A DNA stretch of 38,391 nt from Betaproteobacteria bacterium (lineage in GTDB: Bacteria; Pseudomonadota; Gammaproteobacteria; Burkholderiales; SG8-39). Under the pieces are notes generated by a model. It made no database searches, was not told the origin of the DNA, and worked only from the letters and a program-made list of their open reading frames with translations. Each line of letters starts with the position of its first letter. Position 1 is the stretch's first letter. The translations under genes and the position numbers were made by a program. This document shows positions 27,673 through 37,363 of this stretch, piece after piece. The DNA is taken from contig SHXL01000002.1 in assembly GCA_009693345.1 (NCBI GenBank), forward strand, positions 1 to 38,391, given 5' to 3'.

Positions 27673-28129
27673 CCGCGACGCCTTTGACGCGCGCAAGTCC
27701 CGCCAGCACCAGGATTTCATCGAGGCCCTTGCCCGCATCTTTCCCTCCCACCTGCACCATGCCGTAGTAGCGCGGGTCCCGGGCGGCGCCCTGGGCGTAG
27801 GCCTTACGGGTGATGATGACGAACGGCGTACTCAGCGTGTCGCGCACCAGCACGCGCGCTTTGGCGCCGGCCTTCAGGGTCTCGTCCAGCGTGACGCCGA
27901 AATGCTCGGCCTGCTGCCGCGTGCGTTCGCCGTAGGTCAGGTTGGTCTCGGGCGTATCGACGAAATAGAGCCGCAGCACTAATTCTTCGGCGCCGCAGCG
28001 CACGTGGAAACTGTCGCCGTCGTTGTTCTTATGCGCTACGTACCGGCAATCGGCGAGCGTCGTCCATTCTTTCCGGTCGGCCGCTGTTGCGTGAACTGAA
28101 AAAACCAGCAGCAGCAGGAAAATTCTCAC
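27563..28129 (-). CDS. Thermonuclease (SNase-like) family protein, secreted
   Basis: GTG start (VRIFLLLLVFSVHATAA, a signal peptide). Motifs: DGDSF, RLYFVDTPE and KRRGLW. There is a GTGA overlap with the upstream glutaredoxin-like stop. Confidence 0.8.
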   Translation of the reverse strand: MRIFLLLLVFSVHATAADRKEWTTLADCRYVAHKNNDGDSFHVRCGAEELVLRLYFVDTPETNLTYGERTRQQAEHFGVTLDETLKAGAKARVLVRDTLSTPFVIITRKAYAQGAARDPRYYGMVQVGGKDAGKGLDEILVLAGLARVKGVAVNIPGGEKARAHSQRLLVLEEHAKQKRRGLWARAPE

Positions 28130-28491
28130 GCCAGAAGCTTCGCCAGTTCGCCGCTCGCGTGCAGCTGCGCGAGGTCCGCGGAGCCGCCGACCAGCGCGCC
28201 CTTCACGAACACCATCGGGAAGGTCGGCCAGCCGGTCCACATCTTGAGCGCGTTGCGGCGCCGCCAGCCGGCGAGGTAGCTGCCGTATTCCAGATAATTG
28301 TAGCCGATCCCGGCCACGTCGAGCAGGCTGCGCGCGCGCTTCGGCATGGGATTCTGGCGCATACCGACCACCACCACGGCATTGGCGGCGATCGCGTCCT
28401 GCACCTCCTTAACGATGTCGGCGTTGAGGGCCGAGATCCTGTCGCGGATCGCGGGGTGAATGCGGCTTTCTTCAAGGATTTGTCGGGCCAT
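28126..28491 (-). CDS. Glutaredoxin-like protein lacking active-site cysteines
   Basis: 121 aa: VVVVGMRQNPMPKRARSLL ... WTGWPTFPMVFVKGALVGGSADL..L..SGEL. This is a Grx4-like fold signature, but the product contains no Cys. Confidence 0.8.
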   Translation of the reverse strand: MARQILEESRIHPAIRDRISALNADIVKEVQDAIAANAVVVVGMRQNPMPKRARSLLDVAGIGYNYLEYGSYLAGWRRRNALKMWTGWPTFPMVFVKGALVGGSADLAQLHASGELAKLLA

Positions 28492-28524
28492 GCGGCATAC
28501 TCTATATGCGAAGGAGGTCATGCC

Positions 28525-29169
28525 ATGAGATTGCCCACCGTTATTGCATTGCTCGTCCTGCTGCCGCTCGCGGCCCTGCCCGTACGCGGCGCCGAGGAGC
28601 CCGAGGCCGTATACGCGAAGTTCCACCGCGCGGTGATTGCCGGCAACCTGGACGAAATGCTCAAGTACGGGCCCGCGCCGAGGCGCGCCGAAATGCATTC
28701 CATGTCCGACGCAAGCAGGGAAGCTGCGCTCAAGATGGCGCAATTCATGATGCCGCGCGCATTCACGCTGCAGCGCAAGACCGTGCAAGCCAACGGCCGC
28801 GCGACACTCATCGTGAGCGGCCCCTGGGCGGGCGAGGGCCAGAAGCTGGAAACGATGTACGGCATCGTACGGATGGTTACGGAAAATAACGAATGGAAAA
28901 TCGACGGGTCGAACTGGAGCAACGAAAAGCCGCCCAACCTCGCCGCGCCGAATCGTGCCGCGCCGCCTTCCGCGGCGGACAAGGCCGCGCCGAAAACCTC
29001 GGTCGCCGCGAAGGGCGCTGCCGCCGTGAAGGACGCTGCCGCGGGATCGGGCGCGCCCGTGGTCGGATCGACGTCTTCCGCGACGCCCGGCCGCACGCTC
29101 GGCGCGGCCAAGCCTCCGTGCGTCTACAAGCCGGTGATGACCGCCGTGGACATCGAGAACTGCAAGTGA
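28525..29169 (+). CDS. Hypothetical secreted protein with an Ala/Pro-rich low-complexity linker
   Basis: AAGGAGG lies 7 nt upstream. The signal peptide is MRLPTVIALLVLLPLAALPVRGA, and the C-terminus has two Cys (PPCVYKPVMTAVDIENCK). No family was recognised. Confidence 0.72.
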   Translation: MRLPTVIALLVLLPLAALPVRGAEEPEAVYAKFHRAVIAGNLDEMLKYGPAPRRAEMHSMSDASREAALKMAQFMMPRAFTLQRKTVQANGRATLIVSGPWAGEGQKLETMYGIVRMVTENNEWKIDGSNWSNEKPPNLAAPNRAAPPSAADKAAPKTSVAAKGAAAVKDAAAGSGAPVVGSTSSATPGRTLGAAKPPCVYKPVMTAVDIENCK

Positions 29170-29183
29170 GATCGTCGGAAGAC

Positions 29184-29210
29184 GACGTCATCCCCGCGCA
29201 AGCGGGGATC
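29184..29210 (+). repeat. REP-B hairpin repeat, copy 2 (also a convergent-gene terminator candidate)
   Basis: GACGTCATCCCCGCgcaaGCGGGGATC has an 8-bp stem (29190..29197 / 29202..29209). It lies between the convergent stops at 29169 and 29210. Confidence 0.6.
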
Positions 29211-29479
29211 TAGCGCTTCTTGTACTGCGGCCGCCGCACGGGCGCGGCCATCGGGCGCTCGTCCTTGTGGCGGAAGCTGATGCGGCCCCGGGTGAGGTCG
29301 TAGGGCGATATCTCGAGGCTGACGCGGTCGCCCGCGAGGATCCGGATGCGGTGCCGCACCACCTTGCCGCCGGCGTAAGCAAGCACGCTCGCGCCGTTGG
29401 TGAGCTCGACGCGGAACTGCGTGTTGGGCAGGACCTCCTGCACCACGCCTTCCATTTCGAGCATTTCTTCTTTTGCCAT
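29210..29479 (-). CDS. infA: Translation initiation factor IF-1 (paralog with a basic C-terminal extension)
   Basis: [29 protein letters not shown] ... [26 protein letters not shown], plus a 17-aa tail. Confidence 0.92.
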   Translation of the reverse strand: MAKEEMLEMEGVVQEVLPNTQFRVELTNGASVLAYAGGKVVRHRIRILAGDRVSLEISPYDLTRGRISFRHKDERPMAAPVRRPQYKKR

Positions 29480-29519
29480 TCAGCTGCCTTTGCTATTGCA
29501 AGACTGTGATTGTCTCATT

Positions 29520-30086
29520 TCAGCCCGTTCCCCGGTAGTGCAAGGGAAAGAGACGCTTCACCACAGGCCCATCCGACGCCCAAGCCCTGCAGCCGTCGAT
29601 GAAATACGGCTTCTTCGCGCTCAGGTCGGGCTGCTCCTCGGTGGCGACATCGCCCGCCTTGGGCCAGCTGCCTATGGTCTGGAACGCCACCGTCGCCGCG
29701 GGCATGAGCAGCTCCGTGATGTGGGTGCAGCCCCTGGTGCGGCCGACCGCCTCGGTGACCGCCTTGCGCCAGCCGCCGCCGATTTTCGCGCCGATAAGGG
29801 CCTTGTAGGCCGGCGCCACCTGCGGGCAGGGCGTGTACGGCGCGTGGTTGGTCGTCACTTCGATATCGCGCACCGTCATCGCGCGGTCGATCGTCAGGCG
29901 CAGCTGCATGTCGTGCACGTGCATGCCGGGCGCGCGGTGACCGCGGTAGGGCTCGTCCACGGCGTAGGTCTTCTGGTCGATAATCTGCGCCTCGATGTCG
30001 TAGAGGTCGTCGTCGCGCTCGAAGCCCTCGCATTTGATGGTGCGGGTATGAAGATGGCGGCGCGGGGAGGGTGCTGGGAGGCTCAT
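29520..30086 (-). CDS. DUF2889 domain-containing protein
   Basis: 188 aa with the motifs RRHLHTRTI, HDMQLRLTID and GCTHITELL..AATVAFQ. Confidence 0.83.
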   Translation of the reverse strand: MSLPAPSPRRHLHTRTIKCEGFERDDDLYDIEAQIIDQKTYAVDEPYRGHRAPGMHVHDMQLRLTIDRAMTVRDIEVTTNHAPYTPCPQVAPAYKALIGAKIGGGWRKAVTEAVGRTRGCTHITELLMPAATVAFQTIGSWPKAGDVATEEQPDLSAKKPYFIDGCRAWASDGPVVKRLFPLHYRGTG

Positions 30087-30121
30087 GGTTCGATTATGAT
30101 CTGCTTGGGGAGGAAAGGATT

Positions 30122-31075
30122 ATGAGGGTGTTTCGCTTCATTCCAGCCGCCGTCGCCTGTCTGTTCGCAACGGTGGTTTTCGCTCAGAACTACCCGGCCC
30201 GGCCCGTCACGCTGATCGTCCCCTGGCCGCCCGGCGGCAGCACCGACATCGCGATGCGCAGCATCAGCGTCATCGCGGAGAAGCACCTCGGCCAGCGCAT
30301 CGTGATCGAGAACCGGCCCGGGGTCACGGGCACGATGGGCGCAGCGCACCTGGCGCAGAACGCCAGGCCCGACGGCTTTACGATCTCGCAGATGCCGATC
30401 ACGGTGTTCCGCCTGCCGCACATGATGAAGGCCGCGTTCGATCCGATGAACGACTTCACCTGGATCATCCACCTCACCGGCTACACCTTCGGCGTGGTGG
30501 TGCGCAGCGAATCGCCCTGGAAGAGCTGGGGCGAGCTGGTCGCCCATGCGAAGGCGAACCCTGGCAAGGTCACCTACGCCACGCCGGGCAACGGCAGCAG
30601 CCTGCACATCACCATGGAAGACCTCGCGCTGCGCGAGGGCCTCAGCTGGGTGCAGGTACCGTTCAAGGGCTACGCGGAGGGCGCCGCCGCGCTACTCGGC
30701 GGCCACGTCGACGTGCAATCCGATTCGACCGGCTGGGCCGAGCAGGTGAACGCGGGGCGCCTGCGGCTCCTGGTCCCCTGGGGCGCGCAGCGCACCAGGC
30801 GCTGGCCGCAGGTGCCGACGCTGAAAGATCTGGGCTACCCGATCGTCTCGAACTCGCCCTTCGGCATCGCCGGGCCGAAGGGTATGGACCCGGCGGCGGT
30901 GAAAGTTCTGCACGACGCCTTCAGGAAGGCGCTCGAAGATCCCGAGTTCCAGAACACGCTGGAAAAGTTCGACCAGGAGGCCTACTACCTGAACAGCGCC
31001 GATTACGCGGCGCTGGCGAAGAATACCTTCGAGGAAGAACGCGCGGCGGTGAAGCGCCTGAAACTGAATATGTAG
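30122..31075 (+). CDS. Bug-family tripartite tricarboxylate transporter substrate-binding protein (TctC-like)
   Basis: 317 aa with the signal peptide MRVFRFIPAAVACLFATVVFAQ. Motifs: NYPARPVTLIVPWPPGGSTD, ENRPGV.G, PDGFT and VPFKG. Confidence 0.92.
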   Translation: MRVFRFIPAAVACLFATVVFAQNYPARPVTLIVPWPPGGSTDIAMRSISVIAEKHLGQRIVIENRPGVTGTMGAAHLAQNARPDGFTISQMPITVFRLPHMMKAAFDPMNDFTWIIHLTGYTFGVVVRSESPWKSWGELVAHAKANPGKVTYATPGNGSSLHITMEDLALREGLSWVQVPFKGYAEGAAALLGGHVDVQSDSTGWAEQVNAGRLRLLVPWGAQRTRRWPQVPTLKDLGYPIVSNSPFGIAGPKGMDPAAVKVLHDAFRKALEDPEFQNTLEKFDQEAYYLNSADYAALAKNTFEEERAAVKRLKLNM

Positions 31076-31097
31076 GGTCAGGAACGCACGTGGCGCG

Positions 31098-33086
31098 TTA
31101 CCAGGCGCGGGTCGCCCGGTTTACGGTTTTTTCCACATCTTCTTCCAGGTAGTAACCCCGCTTCACGAGGTCTTGGGCGGCAGTTCGAATTCTGGCAAGA
31201 AAAGCATTTTTGTCCTGATACCTTTCCGTCAAGGACGGGCGCGGATCCTTGGCCGCTTCGCGTTCGGCGGCGGTGCGCGCGAAGGGCAGCGCCGCGCCGT
31301 CGAGGTAGCACAACTCCCCCGCCGCGCCGCCTTCGGCGCTGCGCAGGGACCAGCCGGTGGTGGTGGCCGCGGGCACGGCCTGCTCGGGCATGCGCAGCCC
31401 CGCGATCTCGTTGCCGTCGGCGTCGATCGCCGGCACCAGCACGCGGTAGCGGAACGGATGGGGCGCGGGCGGGACGTTGTCGATGATGCCCTCAGCGATC
31501 CGCGCGCCGTAGTCGAACTGCGCCATCGGGTTGGGCGCGCGCGGCGCCGCGAAGGCGGCGGCCCCGGATCCGGGCAGCGTGGGCCACTTCAGAACCGACG
31601 CGCTCACCAGCGTGCGGTCAGCGAGCTTCGGGTAAACGCTTGGAGGAGGCAGCTCGCCTTTTTTCACCCAACGATCCAATGCCAGCACCAGTGCGCGCAT
31701 CGCCGGCCGCGGGTCCACCGCCAGGTTCGGTGGCGCACTGCACACGCCCTTCGGCATCGTCGGCGTGGTCGAGTGCTGCGTGCCGGCGAAATGGTAGATG
31801 CGCACGCTCTCGGGCAGCGCGATGTCGTGCTCGCCGGCCGCATCGGCGGTGTTGAGCGAATGCCCGCCCTGCCAGTATTCGGTGGAGGTGACGGTATGAA
31901 GCACCTTCGGGCAGACGTCGCGCGCGCGGCAGTGCTCGAGCAGGCCGTCTTCCCGGCGGCTCCTCGGATCGTTCTGCTTCTCGTAGGCGAAGGGAAAACC
32001 CGCGTCGGGATAGCCGACGAAGCCGTAGCCCAGGCTGTAGGCGCGGTTGGGCTGGGCGAAGCGGTAGTTCAGGTAGAGGCGTGCCGAGGCGATGTGCGGG
32101 TTGACGCCCTCGAACACGGTGCGCATGTCCTCGGTCTCGTTGAAGCCGTGGTACAGCATGTCGCGCAGGAAACGCCCGCTCTGCGAAGTGCCGTGCGCGA
32201 GCGCCACCGCGACCCCGTGCCGGCCATCGGGGCCGAGCGGATTGGGGGTGCCCGCGCTGTCGCGCTGCTGGTAGCGCAGGAAACCGATCCAGTCGCGCGT
32301 CGCGGCGTAGCCGATGCCCGCCACCGGCGGATTGCGCGCACGGTAGGAAAACTGGTAGAGCGCGCCGGCGCGGAACGGCGTGCCGCGCGGCAGCAGCACG
32401 ATCGCGCCGTCGTCGAGGAATTCCCAGCCGCCGGGCGGAATCAGGCGCGGCGGGTCGTCGTTGCGCTCGCGCACCGTGAGTCGCGCCGCTTTCTTGTCCA
32501 GGGACGCGGCGGAAAACGTCAGCTGCGCCTCGACCTGCCGGGAATCATTGAACAGGAACTCGTCCCAGACCGGTTGCTCGACGCCCGCCGCGCGCGGCAC
32601 GTCAAGCCGAAGCAGGCCCGGCGTGCGCGGCAAGCCGGGGATCCAGCCGCTCCAAGCCACGGTGAAGCCGTGGCGCATCAGGAAACCGTCGCCCGCGGCT
32701 TCGGGCGCATCCAGCGCATTGCCGGGCGGCGCGTCGTTCAACTGGCGAAGGATCACCTTGTTGCCAAGGTTGTTGACGTCGTAGAACAGGGTTCCGTTGC
32801 CCTTGAACGGGTCCGCGGGTCGCAGGATCACGAAGTCGGCGGAGTATTCCACCTTGCCGCGCGCGTTGCGGGGGGCGAGCCTGATGTCGGCAATGGACCG
32901 GTTCGCCGGATGGGTGGGATCGAGTTCGCCGCGGAAGCGCCCGGCGACGCGCAGGTAGGGCCCGGTGGCGCCGAAGACCTTGCCGCCTGCAAATGGCGCT
33001 TGGGAAGTGACTTCGATACGGGTTACTTCAGGAAAAGCATTGCCCGTTACAAACACGAAAAACAGGAGAAAAGAGAATCGAATCAT
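31098..33086 (-). CDS. Secreted protein with a C-terminal alpha/beta-hydrolase-like domain (Abhydrolase_10-like; assignment tentative)
   Basis: 662 aa from the internal ATG (MIRFSFLLFFVFVTGNAF, a signal peptide) of ORF 31098..33812. There is an ATGA overlap with the diguanylate cyclase stop. Confidence 0.8.
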   Translation of the reverse strand: MIRFSFLLFFVFVTGNAFPEVTRIEVTSQAPFAGGKVFGATGPYLRVAGRFRGELDPTHPANRSIADIRLAPRNARGKVEYSADFVILRPADPFKGNGTLFYDVNNLGNKVILRQLNDAPPGNALDAPEAAGDGFLMRHGFTVAWSGWIPGLPRTPGLLRLDVPRAAGVEQPVWDEFLFNDSRQVEAQLTFSAASLDKKAARLTVRERNDDPPRLIPPGGWEFLDDGAIVLLPRGTPFRAGALYQFSYRARNPPVAGIGYAATRDWIGFLRYQQRDSAGTPNPLGPDGRHGVAVALAHGTSQSGRFLRDMLYHGFNETEDMRTVFEGVNPHIASARLYLNYRFAQPNRAYSLGYGFVGYPDAGFPFAYEKQNDPRSRREDGLLEHCRARDVCPKVLHTVTSTEYWQGGHSLNTADAAGEHDIALPESVRIYHFAGTQHSTTPTMPKGVCSAPPNLAVDPRPAMRALVLALDRWVKKGELPPPSVYPKLADRTLVSASVLKWPTLPGSGAAAFAAPRAPNPMAQFDYGARIAEGIIDNVPPAPHPFRYRVLVPAIDADGNEIAGLRMPEQAVPAATTTGWSLRSAEGGAAGELCYLDGAALPFARTAAEREAAKDPRPSLTERYQDKNAFLARIRTAAQDLVKRGYYLEEDVEKTVNRATRAW

Positions 33087-34414
33087 TTGCTGACGCGATT
33101 TCTGCCGCTGCGCTTGGCGCGGTAGAGCGCTTCGTCGGCGGCCTTGAGCACTTGGGCGGGGGTGGACGCCCCACCTCCCGGCGCAGCACCGCCAATCGAG
33201 ACCGTGACCGAGAGGATTTTTCCCGGCGCCAGCGTCTCCTCCGTGTTGGGGCCGCGGAGCTTCTCGCCCAACTCCTTTACCTTGGGGCGGTTCTCGCCGC
33301 GAACCGCCATGCGATAGGACGCGACCGATGCACGGATCGCATCCAGGTGCGGCATCGCCTGCTCCAGCGTTGCATGGTCGAATAGCACCGTGAACTCCTC
33401 GCCGCCGTAGCGGAACGCGCGCCCGCCGCCTTCGACTTCGGCAAGGCGCGCCGCCACCAGCTTGAACACCTGGTCGCCGATGTCGTGGCCGTGCGTGTCG
33501 TTGAAGGACTTGAAGTGGTCCACGTCGACCATCGCCAGCACGTAGCGCGGCCCCAGGCCCGCCATCGCCTCCAGCAGCGCGCGCCGGCCCGGCAGGCCGG
33601 TCAGCTCGCCATTGAACGCGAGCCGGTGCGATTCCTGCAGCATGGCGACGATCAGGACCGCGCCCGCCGCCGCGGTGAACACGCCGAACACCGCCTCGCT
33701 GGCGGGCCACTCGCAGGCGACCAGGAAAGCCACGAGCGCGCCCGCCTGGCCCACGGCGATCGGCGACACCGGCCCGCCCTGCTTGGCAACATGCGGCGGC
33801 CAGGCGCGCCACACCGCGGCGATGAGCGCGGCGCAGAAGAGCACCCTGCTGAGGAACGGCGGGCCAAGGAGCGGCGCGTGCGGCGAGCGCAGCAGCCAGT
33901 GCTCAGTCATCTCCTGCCAGGCCATGCCCGAGAGCGCGCTGCGGCCGGAGGACGCGATCCACGCGACGAGGAGGATCTCGCCCACGACGATGAAGAGCCA
34001 CCGGTGATCGCCGTGGTAGGACACGCCGCGCTCGGGCAAGAGCAGCGCGACCAGGATGTTGAGGGGCACCAGCACCACCGCGGCCGTATACACCGCGCGC
34101 GCCGCAAAACTGCCGGCGCCGAAATCGAGCGCCAGACGATAGCCGGCGTAGGCGAGAAGCAGCGAAGCCGCCGCGACGAACGCCCGGCCGCGGTTGAACC
34201 ACAGGCCCATCCCCGCACCCGCCAGGAGAACGAAATACGCGCCGGCCTCCTTCAGGCCGGCAAGCGAGGGCGGCAGCGCGGGCCCGAGCCACAGCGCGAG
34301 CGCGGCGGCGGCAAGGATCGCGCCGGGGGGGATCAGGGGACGCAATTCAGCGGCGAGCGGGACGCGCACGGAGGCCGGCCTTGCGACCGGGCTTTGGCCG
34401 GGTTTTCCTGCCAT
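33083..34414 (-). CDS. Membrane-anchored diguanylate cyclase (GGDEF domain)
   Basis: Multiple N-terminal TM helices precede the GGDEF domain (DVDHFKSFNDTHGH..GD, RYGGEEF, ADEALYRAK). The start is uncertain: ATG 34414 or GTG 34369. Both overlap the upstream regulator gene. Confidence 0.83.
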   Translation of the reverse strand: MAGKPGQSPVARPASVRVPLAAELRPLIPPGAILAAAALALWLGPALPPSLAGLKEAGAYFVLLAGAGMGLWFNRGRAFVAAASLLLAYAGYRLALDFGAGSFAARAVYTAAVVLVPLNILVALLLPERGVSYHGDHRWLFIVVGEILLVAWIASSGRSALSGMAWQEMTEHWLLRSPHAPLLGPPFLSRVLFCAALIAAVWRAWPPHVAKQGGPVSPIAVGQAGALVAFLVACEWPASEAVFGVFTAAAGAVLIVAMLQESHRLAFNGELTGLPGRRALLEAMAGLGPRYVLAMVDVDHFKSFNDTHGHDIGDQVFKLVAARLAEVEGGGRAFRYGGEEFTVLFDHATLEQAMPHLDAIRASVASYRMAVRGENRPKVKELGEKLRGPNTEETLAPGKILSVTVSIGGAAPGGGASTPAQVLKAADEALYRAKRSGRNRVSK

Positions 34415-34778
34415 ATTTCGGCCGGGGTGGCGGTTCGATGCTGTGCTCGGCCGAGTGGTCCTCCAGCGTCGGCGGCGCCCCCGCGGTCTTTTCCAACACC
34501 GCGGCGAGTTCGTCGAACACCGGCGAGGCCTCGTTGGCGCTGTAGTGGATCTGGTTGCCGATGCGCTCGGCGCTGAGCAGGCCGGCATCCGCGAGCTGCC
34601 GCAATTCCCGATGCAGCGATCCGGCGGGAACCCCGGTGAGGCGCGAAATCATCCGCACGTGGAAGCCATCGCCCGGGCGCAGGAACAGGAGCGACAGCAC
34701 GCGGTGGCGGTAGGCGCCGAACAGCAGGTTCGCCAGCAGCTGCTGCGCGGGCAGTGGTTCGGACTCCGTTCTCAACAT
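34347..34778 (-). CDS. Winged helix-turn-helix (ArsR/MarR-like) transcriptional regulator
   Basis: 143 aa: RHRVLSLLFLRPGDGFHVRMISRLTGVPAGSLHRELRQLADAGLL, with a basic C-terminal tail. Confidence 0.72.
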   Translation of the reverse strand: MLRTESEPLPAQQLLANLLFGAYRHRVLSLLFLRPGDGFHVRMISRLTGVPAGSLHRELRQLADAGLLSAERIGNQIHYSANEASPVFDELAAVLEKTAGAPPTLEDHSAEHSIEPPPRPKYGRKTRPKPGRKAGLRARPARR

Positions 34779-34794
34779 TGCTACGACTGTAGCA
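34779..34794. promoter_or_regulatory. Palindrome TGCTAC-N4-GTAGCA abutting the regulator start codon (operator / extended -10 candidate)
   Basis: The minus strand reads gTGcTACAGTcgtagcaATG. This is a TGn-extended -10-like TACAGT ending 7 nt before the ATG, with no Shine-Dalgarno. Confidence 0.35.
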
Positions 34795-34816
34795 CAACCG
34801 AGAACGATCTGCCCGG

Positions 34817-37111
<2,295 letters not shown>

Positions 37112-37114
37112 GGC

Positions 37115-37363
37115 TTATTTGAAGAGATCCAGTTGTTTGTCGGCCATCGCGACCGCGCCTTCCACCGCGCGCTTGGCCTTGTCGAGGTCGTCGCCGCCGC
37201 CGGCGCGCCCGCCGGCTTCCCAGGTGTATTTCTGCTTCGCGTCCCTGGCGGTGTGCCGCGTCACCTTGCCGAGCTTCGTTTTGCCCTGCCAGTAGACGTG
37301 CCCGTTATAGCCGGGCTCCCATATCGGCTTTTGACCCGCCGGTTTTTGCTTCTTCTTAGACAT
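37115..37363 (-). CDS. Small basic hypothetical protein with a C-terminal QLDLF (beta-clamp-binding-like) motif
   Basis: This 82-codon ORF exactly fills the parE-parC spacer. Its ATG overlaps the parE stop (ATGTCTAA) and its TAA lies 3 nt before the parC ATG. Third codon positions are GC-rich like the neighbouring genes. Confidence 0.6.
   Translation of the reverse strand: MSKKKQKPAGQKPIWEPGYNGHVYWQGKTKLGKVTRHTARDAKQKYTWEAGGRAGGGDDLDKAKRAVEGAVAMADKQLDLFK

Noticed and set aside
31173-33125. 650-aa plus-strand ORF
   Set aside because: It is an antisense shadow of the secreted hydrolase-like gene, with no recognisable motifs.
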